A DNA stretch of 64,000 nucleotides from Candidatus Eiseniibacteriota bacterium (GCA_041483195.1 JBGPFC010000017.1:20310-84309); one strand, 5' to 3'; shown: positions 28,701-38,153, counted from the first letter of the stretch. Numbers and translations: made by a program. The notes: generated from the sequence alone by a model not told the origin.

Positions 28701-30791
28701 CGCGGCCGCGGCGTGTCCCTGCGATTCCGCGAGGGCCGCGGCGTCGGCGGCCAGCCGCGCGTCGGGCCGCGCCGCAAACGCCGCCGCCGCCGCTTCGAGC
28801 GCCGCGGCCGCATCGCCCGCGGCGCGCAGGTGAACGAAGCGCTCCTCATGCGAGAGCGGGCCGCTCTCGACCACGGCGCGGTGGAGCGCGCGCCGCGCAT
28901 CGGCATCGAGCCGCTCGAGCAACGCGGGCCCGAGCGCGGGCGGCGTGAGCGCGACGTCGCCGTTCTCCTCGCGGCGCGCGAGGCCGGCGGTCACCAGCGT
29001 GGCGGCGGCGTCATCGCCGGCCGCCGGCGCGATCGCGCGCATGCGCTCTGCGGAGGCCGGATGGCCGAACGCCGCGATCGCATGCGCCGCCTCCCGCGCC
29101 GGAGTGGGCAGCGCCAGGAGGCGTTCGAGCACCGCGGCCTCGAAGCCTAAGGCCTTGGGCAGGGCATCGAGCCGCTCCGCAACCAGCAGGAGCCCGGCAT
29201 CGCTGTCGCGCAGCGCGCCCCGCGCGGCGGCGGTGCGCAGCCGCTCGATGGCGAGCCCGGGGTGGCCGCCACTCTCGCGACGGAGGAACGCGAGCAGCGC
29301 ATCCGGCGCCGGCTCGCCGAGCCGCGCGGCGACGAGGCGGGCCAGACCCTCGTCGTCGAGCGGGCCCAGCGTCATCGTCTCCGCGTAGCCCGCCTCGAGC
29401 AGCATGCGCACGTCGTCGGGAGGCACGGGGGATTCCGCGCGGCGCGCCCACACCCACAACATGCGCGCGGCATCCGGATGCACGATCAGGCGCCTGGCGA
29501 ACGCGCGGGAGAGCGAGTCGAGGTGCCGCGTGTCGTCGAGCAGCATCAGCGGCGCGCCGCGCCGTGCCGCCGCGGCGCGACTCCAGCGGGCCGCGGCGTC
29601 GACCAGCGCGGAGAGCTCGTGTTCATCCAGCCCGACCGGATCCCCCGCGAGCGCCGCGCGGGTGCGTGGCGCCAGCTCGATCGCGAGGCTCGGATCGGCG
29701 CCGGCCTCTGCGGCGAGGCGGCGTGCGATGCGCAGCGCGACGTCGCCCCGGCGCTCGGCTCCGGCGCACGACAGCGAAACGACGCTGACCCCGGAGAGCG
29801 CGGCGCGCCCCGCGAGCTCCGAGAGCAGCGCGGACTTGCCGACGCCCGCCTCGCCGGTGAGCCAGACGAGGTGGGAGCGCGACGTGAGCGATCCGCGGCG
29901 CGCCTCGATCCTCGCGAATTCCCGCTCGCGCCCCGCGACCACCAACGCTTCCATGCGCGCTTCGAGCGGCCGCCGGGCCGCGGGGTGGATTCTCTCGAGC
30001 TCGCGCCGCACCTCGCGCGCATCGACCGGTCGTTCGGCGGGCGAGGGCGCGAGCAGCCGCAGCACCAGGCGTGCGAGCGCGGGCGGAGCACCGGATTCCT
30101 CGAGCGGACGGGTGGACGGCGGCCCCGCCTGCTGACGCCTCAGGATCGCCGATGGCCGATCGCCTTCGAAGGGCGGGGAGCCCGCGATCAAAGCATAGAG
30201 CGTCGCGCCCAGACCGTAGAGGTCCGACGCCGCGCCGGGCGCCTCGCCGCGGATCACCTCGGGCGCGGCGAATCCCGGCGTCCCGCGATGTCCGGCGCCG
30301 CGGGCGTCCCGCAGCCCCGCGAGCCCGAAATCGAGCAGGCGCACGGCGGCCGGAAGCGCGCCGGCGGCCGCCGCGTGCACCACCAGCAGGTTCGAAGGCT
30401 TGAGATCCCCGTGCACGACGCCCGCCGCGTGCAGCGCCTCGAGACCGGACGCGACCTCGGCCGCGACGAAGCAGAGCGCGGCCCAGTCGCCGCGGGTGAG
30501 CGCCCGATCGGGCGGCACGCCCGGCACGAACTCCATCGTGTAGTAGGGCGAGCCGTCGAAGTCGAATCCGAGCTCGTGCACAGCGATGATCGTCGGATGC
30601 CGCACGCGGGTGAGCGCCTCGAACTCGTGGCGCATGAGCTCGGGCGTCGCGAGCGGGGTCCGCCGTCCCAGCCGCTTGAGCGCGCACTCCGCGCCGGTCG
30701 TCTGATCGAGCGCGAGGAACACCTCGCCCATGCCACCGCGTCCCAGCGGCTTGAGGAGGAGGTAACGGCCGGCGACGCGCTCCCGCATCAT
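25680..30791 (-). CDS. Ser/Thr kinase - STAND-like P-loop - TPR - GAF - sigma54 AAA+ - Fis HTH regulator (1703 aa)
   Basis: GRGGMG, ALK, HGDLKPSN, DFG, APE; GEAGVGKS; GAF SILCVPL; GENGTGKE, FLDEVG, FREDLFYRL, WPGNVREL; GNQSLAARHLGL. ATGA overlap with the DUF885 stop. Confidence 0.93.
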   Translation of the reverse strand: MMRERVAGRYLLLKPLGRGGMGEVFLALDQTTGAECALKRLGRRTPLATPELMRHEFEALTRVRHPTIIAVHELGFDFDGSPYYTMEFVPGVPPDRALTRGDWAALCFVAAEVASGLEALHAAGVVHGDLKPSNLLVVHAAAAGALPAAVRLLDFGLAGLRDARGAGHRGTPGFAAPEVIRGEAPGAASDLYGLGATLYALIAGSPPFEGDRPSAILRRQQAGPPSTRPLEESGAPPALARLVLRLLAPSPAERPVDAREVRRELERIHPAARRPLEARMEALVVAGREREFARIEARRGSLTSRSHLVWLTGEAGVGKSALLSELAGRAALSGVSVVSLSCAGAERRGDVALRIARRLAAEAGADPSLAIELAPRTRAALAGDPVGLDEHELSALVDAAARWSRAAAARRGAPLMLLDDTRHLDSLSRAFARRLIVHPDAARMLWVWARRAESPVPPDDVRMLLEAGYAETMTLGPLDDEGLARLVAARLGEPAPDALLAFLRRESGGHPGLAIERLRTAAARGALRDSDAGLLLVAERLDALPKALGFEAAVLERLLALPTPAREAAHAIAAFGHPASAERMRAIAPAAGDDAAATLVTAGLARREENGDVALTPPALGPALLERLDADARRALHRAVVESGPLSHEERFVHLRAAGDAAAALEAAAAAFAARPDARLAADAAALAESQGHAAAATWHERAAREWAARGRYGSAIPHIERALSLDAAPDHRPARWVQLSTACLRAGKLADAARVAATALAASLPEASRSRILSNEAARLLFDGDRPGALELARNALALGESATDELAIGVAAQTLAGAMISGRAEDTLAEEAAATAARAVEAFARAGDLPGELRATGLCAVIAQSRQGAAEAERLYLDAIARARAHGLRLPLEELLLNWSVILIEAGRWPDARRSVAEAARLALEDGRPHGAAIAIANLAQADGLTGDRAGALAQARAAVRMCRVYLPQQTPFAMRSLAQAHRIAGRYSRAARIAQRALALGMKLSRPDEIDWCRIELGRSLIAAGRWKEAGELWDGALASPRPSGSVGRTVLLALAGRAALRAGAIDLAKARVEESRSWLAGHDAPYAAATVDQLRSELALARARNSENEEGARAVLDRLGALPAPADRAHAALDFSRLALAADREATIAVGRWLDVAAGAFERLGDSRGRAATLALTVEWLRRGAAGVPSAGRERDLIEAVSRLLNSMSDFGELTRRAMRLAVEQLDAERGVLLLADPETGQLTPVADFGAVDAKTRNAAVGYSRRVVQRVAESGGSLLIADAPTDPQARSESVMDMRLRSILCVPLYLGGRVVGAVYLDDSRRPDVFSDADRALLEGFAQLMAVAIENSRGHQEVLRVNEQLVGENLSLRREVSSRFRAENLIGTSSAMQRVLAVVDRAARVNATVLLTGENGTGKELIARVLHHSGKRRLKPFVAVNCGAIPETLLESELFGILSRIATEVGGRDGRFVQADGGTLFLDEVGEMPLKQQVALLSAIANREITPVGGGKPIPVDVRIIAASNRDLRQSVERGTFREDLFYRLNVIPIEVPPLRERKADIPALAAHFVRIYAGQQERPVPRLTREFVPALMQSDWPGNVRELQNYIERVLAMTPGDALHPTPPPRDLEERPDQIPRGGTLKELVEKLERRAIAEALELASGNQSLAARHLGLTEQSLRYRIRKYTLDSTRHKRRTRRNR

Positions 30792-32548
30792 TTCGCTCCC
30801 GCTCGCGATCCGTTCCTGCGGACCAGCTGCCGGAGCACGCCCTCGCGGGCCAGCGGAAGCGGCACGCCTCCCTGTCGCAGCAGCGCGTCGTGAAACGCGC
30901 GCAGATCGAACCGATCCCCCAGCGCGCGGCGCGCCTCCTCGCGCAGCGCGAGGATCCGCCACTTGCCGAGCGTGTACACCAGGTAGGTCGGATCGAGCGC
31001 GCCGCGCCGCGCCTCGCGGGCCGCGTTCACCGGGGCGAGATAGCAGCGTTCTTCGAACAGCCGCTCCGCCTGTTCCAGGGTCATGCCCTGCGTGTGCAGC
31101 GAGATGCCGACGATCAGTCGCCCGATGCGGCTCAGGGCGAGCGCGAGCTGGGCCAGCTCGATGCGGGGATCGCCGCGGCCGAAGCCCTCCTCCACCATCA
31201 TCTGCTCGCAGTAGTGGGCCCAGCCTTCGGAGTTGCTCGCGCAGCGCAATGCCTGCCGCACGCGCGAGGGCACCCGCTGCAGTTCGAGGAATTGGGCGTA
31301 GTGACCGGGCAGCGCCTCGTGCACGGTCACGAGCGCGGCCGCGCTGCGATTGAAGAACGCGAGGTGGTCGCGCCGCTGCCGCTCGGTCCATTGCGGTTCC
31401 GGTGGGGTGACGTTGAACCAGGCGCGGGTCGCGCGTCGCTCCCACACGCCCGGGGCATCCATCGACGCGAATGAGAGGCTCCGCTGAAACGGCGGGGTCT
31501 CGCGCACCACCAGGTCTTCGCGCGCCGGCAGGGTGAGCACACGGTGGGCGCCGAGGAACGCGCGAATGCTGTCGAGCCCGGCCGCGACGAACGGCACCAA
31601 CCCCGAGTCGGACGGCGCGTCGACCTCGAGCGATTCGAGCGCGGCGGCCACGCCCAGGCCGGGCGCGATGCGATCGGCGACCCGCTCCATCTGCGCGCGC
31701 GTCGTGTCGAGCGCCGCCATGCCCTGCGCGAGCAGGGACTCGACCGGCGCCGTCTCCATCTCGTCGGCCGCGAGTTTGCGCTGATAGAGGTCGCGGCCCA
31801 GCGCGAAGCCGCCGGTCGCGTGGGGGAGGACGTCCTCGCGCAGCTGCTGCACGAATCGTTCGACCGCGAGCACCGCCGCCGAATCCGCCTCGGCGAGATC
31901 GGCCTGCACGCGCGGTTCGCGGCAGCCGCCGCTCAGCGCGGGGATCCCGCGGCGGTAGTAGTCGAGCACCCCCTGGAATTGGGCGATCGCGACCTCGACG
32001 TAGAGCCGCGGCGGATCGCGAAGGTTCACGCGCGCCGCGCGAAGCACCTCCGGCACCAGGCGCAGGCGACGGGTCGCGAGCAACGCGCGTTCGCACGGCG
32101 GCGCGATGTCGCGCTCGAGCAGGGACTGGATCGAGCCCGCCACCAGGTCGAGGTACGCGTTCGGATTGCGCTCGAACGACCGGACTTCCGCGAGCTCGAT
32201 CCGCTCGCGTTCGATGCGGGCGGAGAGCAGGTCGTACTCCTGAGCGCGCTCGAACGAGAGCGCATCGCGCGGGATCGCGTCCAGCGAGGCGCGCATGCCG
32301 GCCAGCCAGTCGAGATCGGACGCGACCGAGGCCGCGGTGATCGGCTCCAGCCGGCCGTCCCAGGCGTGGATCCCGAGCCGGGTCGCGAGCTGCGGACGGC
32401 GTGCGAGCCAGCCGTCGAGAAACGCGTCCGCGACCCGCAGCAGGCGCGCGTCAGAAGACTGGGCCACGGCGGCGCCCGCGAGCCAGAGCCCGAGAAACGC
32501 GGCGATCAGCAGACGGCGCAGAACGACTTTCATCATGTCCTGGCTCAC
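30788..32548 (-). CDS. DUF885 family exported protein (metallopeptidase-like)
   Basis: ATRLGIH, HEALPGHYAQ, SEGWAHYCE, YTLGK, FHDALL. Confidence 0.9.
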   Translation of the reverse strand: MSQDMMKVVLRRLLIAAFLGLWLAGAAVAQSSDARLLRVADAFLDGWLARRPQLATRLGIHAWDGRLEPITAASVASDLDWLAGMRASLDAIPRDALSFERAQEYDLLSARIERERIELAEVRSFERNPNAYLDLVAGSIQSLLERDIAPPCERALLATRRLRLVPEVLRAARVNLRDPPRLYVEVAIAQFQGVLDYYRRGIPALSGGCREPRVQADLAEADSAAVLAVERFVQQLREDVLPHATGGFALGRDLYQRKLAADEMETAPVESLLAQGMAALDTTRAQMERVADRIAPGLGVAAALESLEVDAPSDSGLVPFVAAGLDSIRAFLGAHRVLTLPAREDLVVRETPPFQRSLSFASMDAPGVWERRATRAWFNVTPPEPQWTERQRRDHLAFFNRSAAALVTVHEALPGHYAQFLELQRVPSRVRQALRCASNSEGWAHYCEQMMVEEGFGRGDPRIELAQLALALSRIGRLIVGISLHTQGMTLEQAERLFEERCYLAPVNAAREARRGALDPTYLVYTLGKWRILALREEARRALGDRFDLRAFHDALLRQGGVPLPLAREGVLRQLVRRNGSRAGAK

Positions 32549-32576
32549 GCGCGCGCGACCCCGCGTCGCGCGCGTA

Positions 32577-33305
32577 TCAGGGACGCGGGACGACGTCGTG
32601 CACCAGCACCATCGGGTCCCCGATCTTGAGCGGCGAGGAGGAGAGGTATGCCTGTGCGTACTTCGCGCCGATCTGCCAGCCCCAGTAGCTGGCGAACGAC
32701 GCGAACACCTCGCGCACCGGCGGCAGGTGCGCGGGTCGCGGCTTCTCGGGGTTGTAGAACTGACTCTGGTGGCAGTCGAGCGCCGCCATCCACTCGTCGA
32801 AGACCTCGCTGATGTCGACCAGAAAGGTGGGCTGTGTTCCGGGCGGAAGGAAGTAGTAGAAGATGGCCTTCGCCTGATGCACCTCGCCCGGAATCGGGGC
32901 CTTGCGCAGGTGCGCCAGATTGTAGGCGTTCGAGACGATCTGACCGGTCTTGTAGTGATCGTTGTGGCCGAGCCCGCGCCCGATCGGCAGGTTGTAGTAT
33001 GGCGCGAGCACGATCTGCGCGCGGTGCTTGCGGATCATCGCCGCGGCCTTGCAGCGGTTCTCGAACGTGTCCTCCACCCGGCAATCGCCGAGGTCGAGGT
33101 TCTCGCGAACGTCGAGCCCGAGAATGGTCCCCGCCTTCCGGCTTTCCTCGGCGCGGATCTCGGGCGTTCCCCAGCCCATGTCGCCGGTCGTCATGTCGAC
33201 GATTCCGGTGCTGTGACCGAGATTCTTCATCTTGCGAAGCAGGCCGCCGGCGCCGATCTCGGCATCGTCGGGGTGGGGACCGAACGCGAGAAAATCGACC
33301 GCCAT
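32577..33305 (-). CDS. bshB1: PIG-L family deacetylase, BshB1-like
   Basis: GPHPDDAE, TTGD, HNDH, CHQSQF. Confidence 0.75.
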   Translation of the reverse strand: MAVDFLAFGPHPDDAEIGAGGLLRKMKNLGHSTGIVDMTTGDMGWGTPEIRAEESRKAGTILGLDVRENLDLGDCRVEDTFENRCKAAAMIRKHRAQIVLAPYYNLPIGRGLGHNDHYKTGQIVSNAYNLAHLRKAPIPGEVHQAKAIFYYFLPPGTQPTFLVDISEVFDEWMAALDCHQSQFYNPEKPRPAHLPPVREVFASFASYWGWQIGAKYAQAYLSSSPLKIGDPMVLVHDVVPRP

Positions 33306-33508
33306 GGACGGGCTCTCCAGAAGTCGCACGAGGGGTGGGAACGATGCGCGCGGCGCAAGCGCGCGGGTCATCATAGCCAGCGTTCCCGGGCGAGACAACC
33401 GTACGGGGCCGGGCGCGCGGCGGGCGGCGGACCTGCGGGACGCGTGCGCGCCTTTGGAGTATGCTGCGCCCGGATGACCGCACCGCGCGCGCTCCCTCCG
33501 GAGGCCTC

Positions 33509-34009
33509 GTGCTGTACTTCGCCTATGGATCGAATCTCGATCCTCAACAGATGCGTGCCCGCTGTCCGGGCGAGAAGCTCGTGGGCCTCGCCGCGCTGCG
33601 GGACCATCGCCTCGCGTTTCCGCTCTATTCGAACCGCTGGGGCGGCTGCGTCTCCAGCGTCCAGCCCGCGCACGCCGACACCGTGTGGGGCGTCCTCTAC
33701 GAGCTGACCGAGAGCGATCTCCGCGCGCTCGACGAGTACGAGGGATTTCGCGCTCCCGGCGATCAGCACAACGTGTACGACCGCGAGCAGATCACGGTCG
33801 AGCTGGTGCGGCCCGACGATGGATCCATCCCGCGGCGCGTGCGCGCGGCCGCGTACGTCGCCCGGCCCTCCAATCCCTCGCCGCCCTCGCGCCGCTACCT
33901 CGACGCCATCCTGGCCGGCGCGCGCCACCACCGGCTTCCCGAGGAGTACGTCGCGAAGCTGAGCGCGATCGCGGCGGTGCCGGAGATCGAGACGTCCGGA
34001 CCCGCATGA
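33509..34009 (+). CDS. Gamma-glutamylcyclotransferase (AIG2-like)
   Basis: LYFAYGSNL, VWGVLY, LDEYEG; GTG start after GGAGG (alternative ATG 33461). Confidence 0.88.
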   Translation: MLYFAYGSNLDPQQMRARCPGEKLVGLAALRDHRLAFPLYSNRWGGCVSSVQPAHADTVWGVLYELTESDLRALDEYEGFRAPGDQHNVYDREQITVELVRPDDGSIPRRVRAAAYVARPSNPSPPSRRYLDAILAGARHHRLPEEYVAKLSAIAAVPEIETSGPA

Positions 34010-35229
34010 GCGGCGCGGCCGAAGCGCGTCCCGGGGTTCGAACCGGGATCACGCGCGCGCGCGGCTTCACGGCCGCGGCGGTCGCCGCCGGCATCAAACC
34101 CGACCGCCTCGATCTCGCCGTGGTCGCCGCCGATCGGGTCTGCGCGGCCGCCGGCGTGTTCACCACGAATCGCGTCCAGGCGGCGCCGGTGCGGGTCTCC
34201 CGCGCTCACCTCGCGCAGGGCCGCGCGCGCGCGATCGTCGCGAACGCCGGCTGCGCCAACGCAGCGACCGGAGCGCGCGGGCTCGAGGATGCGCGGCGCA
34301 TGGCGGCGTGCGCGGCGAACGCGCTCGGCTGTCCGCCGTCCGAGATCGTCGTCGCTTCCACCGGCGTGATCGGCGTGCACCTGCCGATCGACCGCGTGAC
34401 CGCCGGCATCGCGCGCGCGATGGCCGAACGGAGCGAGGCGGGCGGGGCCGACGCCGCGCGCGCGATCCTCACCACCGACACGCGGCCCAAGGAGACGGCC
34501 GTCGAATTCGCGATCGCGGGAGGCCCGGCCGTGGTGGGCGCGATGGCCAAGGGCGCGGGGATGATCGCGCCCCACATGGCGACCATGCTCGCGTTCTTCA
34601 CCACCGACGCGGCGATCGAGGCCGCCCCGCTGCGCGCCGCGCTGGCCGAGGCGGTCGGCGAGAGCTTCAACCGCATTACCGTGGACGGCGACACCTCGAC
34701 CAACGACATGGCCGTGATCCTGGCGAGCGGCGCCGCGAGCGCCGCGCCGATCCGCGGGCCGGGGCGCGACTACGACGCCTTTCGGGCGGCGCTCGCCGAG
34801 GCCTCGCGGCGCATCGCCGAGATGCTGGTGCGCGACGGCGAAGGCGTGACCCGCATCGCCGAGGTGCGGGTCGAAGGCGCGCGCGAAGCGGGGGATGCCG
34901 ACCGCATCGCGCGCGCCGTCGCCGAGTCGCTGCTGGTCAAGACCGCCCTCCACGGCGGCGATCCGAACTGGGGGCGCGTGCTCGCGGCGGTCGGCCGCTC
35001 CGGCGTCGCGGTGGACGTGGACCGCGTCGACATCTTTCTCGGCGAGGTGTGGGTGTGCGAGGGCGGATGCGCGCGCGAGTACGACGAGGCCCGCGCCCAC
35101 CGGGCGCTGACCGTCGACGACCCGGTTCGCATCCTCGTGCGCATGCGCGAGGGAAAAGCGGCCGGCTGGATGTGGACGGCCGACCTCAGCAAGGCCTACG
35201 TCGACATCAACGCCAGCTATCGCAGCTGA
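34006..35229 (+). CDS. argJ: Ornithine acetyltransferase ArgJ
   Basis: ASTGVIG, ILTTDT, KGAGMIAPHMATML, DGDTSTND, DPNWGR, YVDINASYRS. Confidence 0.97.
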   Translation: MSGAAEARPGVRTGITRARGFTAAAVAAGIKPDRLDLAVVAADRVCAAAGVFTTNRVQAAPVRVSRAHLAQGRARAIVANAGCANAATGARGLEDARRMAACAANALGCPPSEIVVASTGVIGVHLPIDRVTAGIARAMAERSEAGGADAARAILTTDTRPKETAVEFAIAGGPAVVGAMAKGAGMIAPHMATMLAFFTTDAAIEAAPLRAALAEAVGESFNRITVDGDTSTNDMAVILASGAASAAPIRGPGRDYDAFRAALAEASRRIAEMLVRDGEGVTRIAEVRVEGAREAGDADRIARAVAESLLVKTALHGGDPNWGRVLAAVGRSGVAVDVDRVDIFLGEVWVCEGGCAREYDEARAHRALTVDDPVRILVRMREGKAAGWMWTADLSKAYVDINASYRS

Positions 35230-35245
35230 GCCCCGGCGCGACGCG

Positions 35246-36451
35246 TCACGCCGCGCCCGGCCCGGCGCCGAGCTTCGCGATCCGCCGCTCGATCACCCGC
35301 CGCAGCGCGCGCCACGCCGCGGCGATCTCGCGGCGATTGGCGCGGCAGTACGCGAGCGCCACCCGCGGATCGCTCGCCGCGAGCCGCGTCATCCCGCGGA
35401 ATCCCGGTCCGGCCAATCCCCGGCGCGCGGCCCCGCGTCCCGTCTCCTCGATCGCGCACGCGATCAGATACGGGAGGTGGCTGGTGCGGCCGAGCGCGCG
35501 GTCGTGCGCGGCGGGGCCGACGCGCAGCGGGCGCGCGCCCAGATCGCGAACCAGGGCCGCGATCACGCCCGGCACCGCGCCGCGCACCGGCATCAGCGCG
35601 AACGCCGCGTCCTCGAACAGATCGGCGCGCGCGGCATCGAAGCCGCGGCCCTCGCCGCCGGCGATCGGATGTCCGCCCACCGCGCGCACCCCGGCCGCCG
35701 CGGCCCGCTCCAGTGCGCGGGTGAGCGTCGCGCGCGCGCTCCCGGTGTCCAGCAGCGCAGCGCCGCGCGGAAGATGGCGCGCGGCGCGCGTGATGAGCGC
35801 GGGCAGCGCGTCCACCGGCGTCGCGATCACGGCGAGCGCGGCCGAGGCGCAGGCCGCCGCGAGCGACGGCGCGACCTCGTCGATCGCGCCGGCCTCGAGC
35901 GCCCGCGCGAGCACCGCGCGGTCCCGATCCCACCCGATCCGGCGCCACCCGCCCCGCCGCGCGAGCGCGAGCCCGATCGATCCGCCGATCTGGCCGAGCC
36001 CGATCAGCGCGACGCGCTTCGAGTGCTTCAGCGCGCCCGCCGCGCCGCGAGTGCGACCGCGTGGCGCGGGAGCGAGGTCGGGCCGCAGCGCGGCCGCGGC
36101 GTCGAGATAGACCGGCCGGAGCCGCGCCCCCGCCCGTACGCCGCTCACCGTGAGCAGCACGCGCACCACGCGGGGCATCGCGCCCGGGACGCCCATCTCG
36201 CGCGCGCCCAGCAGCGGCACGTCGGTCCAGCCCAGCCGCCGCGCGGCGTGCGCCGGAAAGTCGGCGTCGAGATCGGGTGTCGCCGTGAACACGGCGCTCA
36301 CGATCCGCGATGGCGCGATGCGATTCGCGTCGAGCAGCGCCAGCAGCAGGCGCGCCGTCGCGGCGTGGATCTCCTCCGCCCGGTTCGAAGCCACCTGCAC
36401 CGCGCCGCGCACGGCCGCGATGCCGCTTCCGGCGCCAGGGGTACGAGGCAT
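35246..36451 (-). CDS. aroH-tyrA: AroH-class chorismate mutase fused to prephenate/arogenate dehydrogenase
   Basis: VRGA, TPDLDADFPA, YL...LRPDL; then IGLGQIGGS, DTGS, GGHPIAG, HD...SHLP, GFRGMTRLA. Confidence 0.9.
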   Translation of the reverse strand: MPRTPGAGSGIAAVRGAVQVASNRAEEIHAATARLLLALLDANRIAPSRIVSAVFTATPDLDADFPAHAARRLGWTDVPLLGAREMGVPGAMPRVVRVLLTVSGVRAGARLRPVYLDAAAALRPDLAPAPRGRTRGAAGALKHSKRVALIGLGQIGGSIGLALARRGGWRRIGWDRDRAVLARALEAGAIDEVAPSLAAACASAALAVIATPVDALPALITRAARHLPRGAALLDTGSARATLTRALERAAAAGVRAVGGHPIAGGEGRGFDAARADLFEDAAFALMPVRGAVPGVIAALVRDLGARPLRVGPAAHDRALGRTSHLPYLIACAIEETGRGAARRGLAGPGFRGMTRLAASDPRVALAYCRANRREIAAAWRALRRVIERRIAKLGAGPGAA

Positions 36452-36536
36452 GAGCCCTCCGTTGGTCGCGGCGGGGGTCGCGAGACCGGCCCCGCGCGCG
36501 ATTTCCAGGGCGGCGCGCGACGCGCGCGCCGCACGA

Positions 36537-38153
36537 TCAGGCGCCGGGCGTGACGAGCGCGGCCGGGACGCTCGCGTCGTACAGCCGCTCGAAATATTCG
36601 CGCACCATGCGCTGCGCCGAGAACCGCGTCTCGCCCATCTGCACGCTCGCCGCCATCATGCGCTGCCAGCGCGCGCGGTCGCGCCACGCCGGCAGCACCT
36701 CGCGCTCGAGCGCATCGTAGAGCGCGCGCAGGTCGCGCTCGTCGTTTCCGGGCGTGCCGTCTGCGATCGCCCATCCGTTCACGCCGTGCTCGCAGCCCTC
36801 CGGCCACCAGCCGTCGAGGATGCTCAGGTTGAGCACGCCGTTCATCGCCGCCTTCATGCCCGAGGTGCCGCAGGCCTCGAGCGGCAGGATGGGATTGTTG
36901 AGCCACAGATCGCAACCGCGCACCATGGTGCGGGCCACGGCCATGTCGTAGTCCTCGAGGAACGCGACGCGCCCCGGATGCTCGCGCTGGGCGCGCGCGA
37001 GGCGCGCGATGATCGCCTTCCCGTGCTTGTCGTCGGGGTGCGACTTGCCGGAGAACACGATGTTCACGCCCTCGGTCTCGAGCAGCCGCGTGAGGCGCTC
37101 CTCGTCGCGCAGGATCAGGTCGCCGCGCTTGTAGGCGGCGGCGCGGCGCGCGAAGCCGATCCACAGCGCGTCAGGATCGAGCGAGACCCCGCTCGCACGC
37201 TCCACCCCGAGGCGCAGCGACGTGCGCTCCTTCTGGTGCGCCGCCCAGAGCTGCTCGGGATCGCCGTTCGCCGAGCGGATCGCGACGGACTGCCAGGTCC
37301 CGCGGTGCACCCCGTTGGTGATCGACGTGATCGGCGCGGCGTCCGTGACGTGCCCCCACATCGCGCGCGCGGTGCGCCCGTGCATCTCCGAGACCGCGTT
37401 CGCGGCGCGTGCGAGCCGCAGCCCGGCTGCCGTCATGCTGAATGGATCGCCTCCCAGCGCGCGCATCTCGGCCCCGGAGAGCTCGAGGCACGCGCCCATG
37501 CGCCTCAAGTCCTTGATCGAGTGCTCCTCGTTGCCCGCCTTGACCGGCGTGTGGGTGGTGAACACGATGCGCTGCCGCGTCTGGGCCCACGCCTCCTCGA
37601 ACGCCACGCCGGTCTCCATGCGTTCCGCGATCATCTCGACCCCGGCGAACACCGCGTGACCCTCGTTGAAATGGTAGGTCGAGATCGGAATGCCGAGCCA
37701 GTTCAGCGCGCGCAGGCCGCCGATGCCGAGCAGCATCTCCTGCGCGATCCGCACGTCGCTCCCCGCCTCGTAGAGACGGTGCGTGATCCACCGGTCCTCG
37801 CCGCGCACCGGCTCGATCAGGTAGAGCGGCACGTGGCCGTAGCGATCGGTGACCCACACCATGCACGGGACCTCACGGCCCCGGACCCGCACCCGCACCC
37901 GCACGCGCGTGTCGCGGAGGAAGCTCGAGTCGTAGCCGGGGAATTCCTCGAACGGTTCGCCGTCTTCGCCGATGCGCTGCACGCAGTAGCCGCGATCCCA
38001 GCGCAGCCCGACCGCCACCAGCGGCAGATCGAGGTCGCGCGCCGACTTGATGAAGTCGCCGGCCAGGATCCCGAGCCCCCCGGAGTAGATGGGGAACGAG
38101 TCGTCGAGGCCAAATTCCATGCAGAGGAAGGCGACGTGCGGGGTGCGCGACAT
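36537..38153 (-). CDS. glgP: Compact alpha-glucan phosphorylase (GT35)
   Basis: YSGGLGILAGD, FNEGH, FTTHTP, ARRAAAYKR, EACGTSGMKAAMNG. Confidence 0.95.
   Translation of the reverse strand: MSRTPHVAFLCMEFGLDDSFPIYSGGLGILAGDFIKSARDLDLPLVAVGLRWDRGYCVQRIGEDGEPFEEFPGYDSSFLRDTRVRVRVRVRGREVPCMVWVTDRYGHVPLYLIEPVRGEDRWITHRLYEAGSDVRIAQEMLLGIGGLRALNWLGIPISTYHFNEGHAVFAGVEMIAERMETGVAFEEAWAQTRQRIVFTTHTPVKAGNEEHSIKDLRRMGACLELSGAEMRALGGDPFSMTAAGLRLARAANAVSEMHGRTARAMWGHVTDAAPITSITNGVHRGTWQSVAIRSANGDPEQLWAAHQKERTSLRLGVERASGVSLDPDALWIGFARRAAAYKRGDLILRDEERLTRLLETEGVNIVFSGKSHPDDKHGKAIIARLARAQREHPGRVAFLEDYDMAVARTMVRGCDLWLNNPILPLEACGTSGMKAAMNGVLNLSILDGWWPEGCEHGVNGWAIADGTPGNDERDLRALYDALEREVLPAWRDRARWQRMMAASVQMGETRFSAQRMVREYFERLYDASVPAALVTPGA

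Noticed and set aside
30792..32096. N-terminal ~435 aa of the 2138-aa ORF
   Set aside because: Off-frame overlap with DUF885; the kinase starts at ATG 30791.
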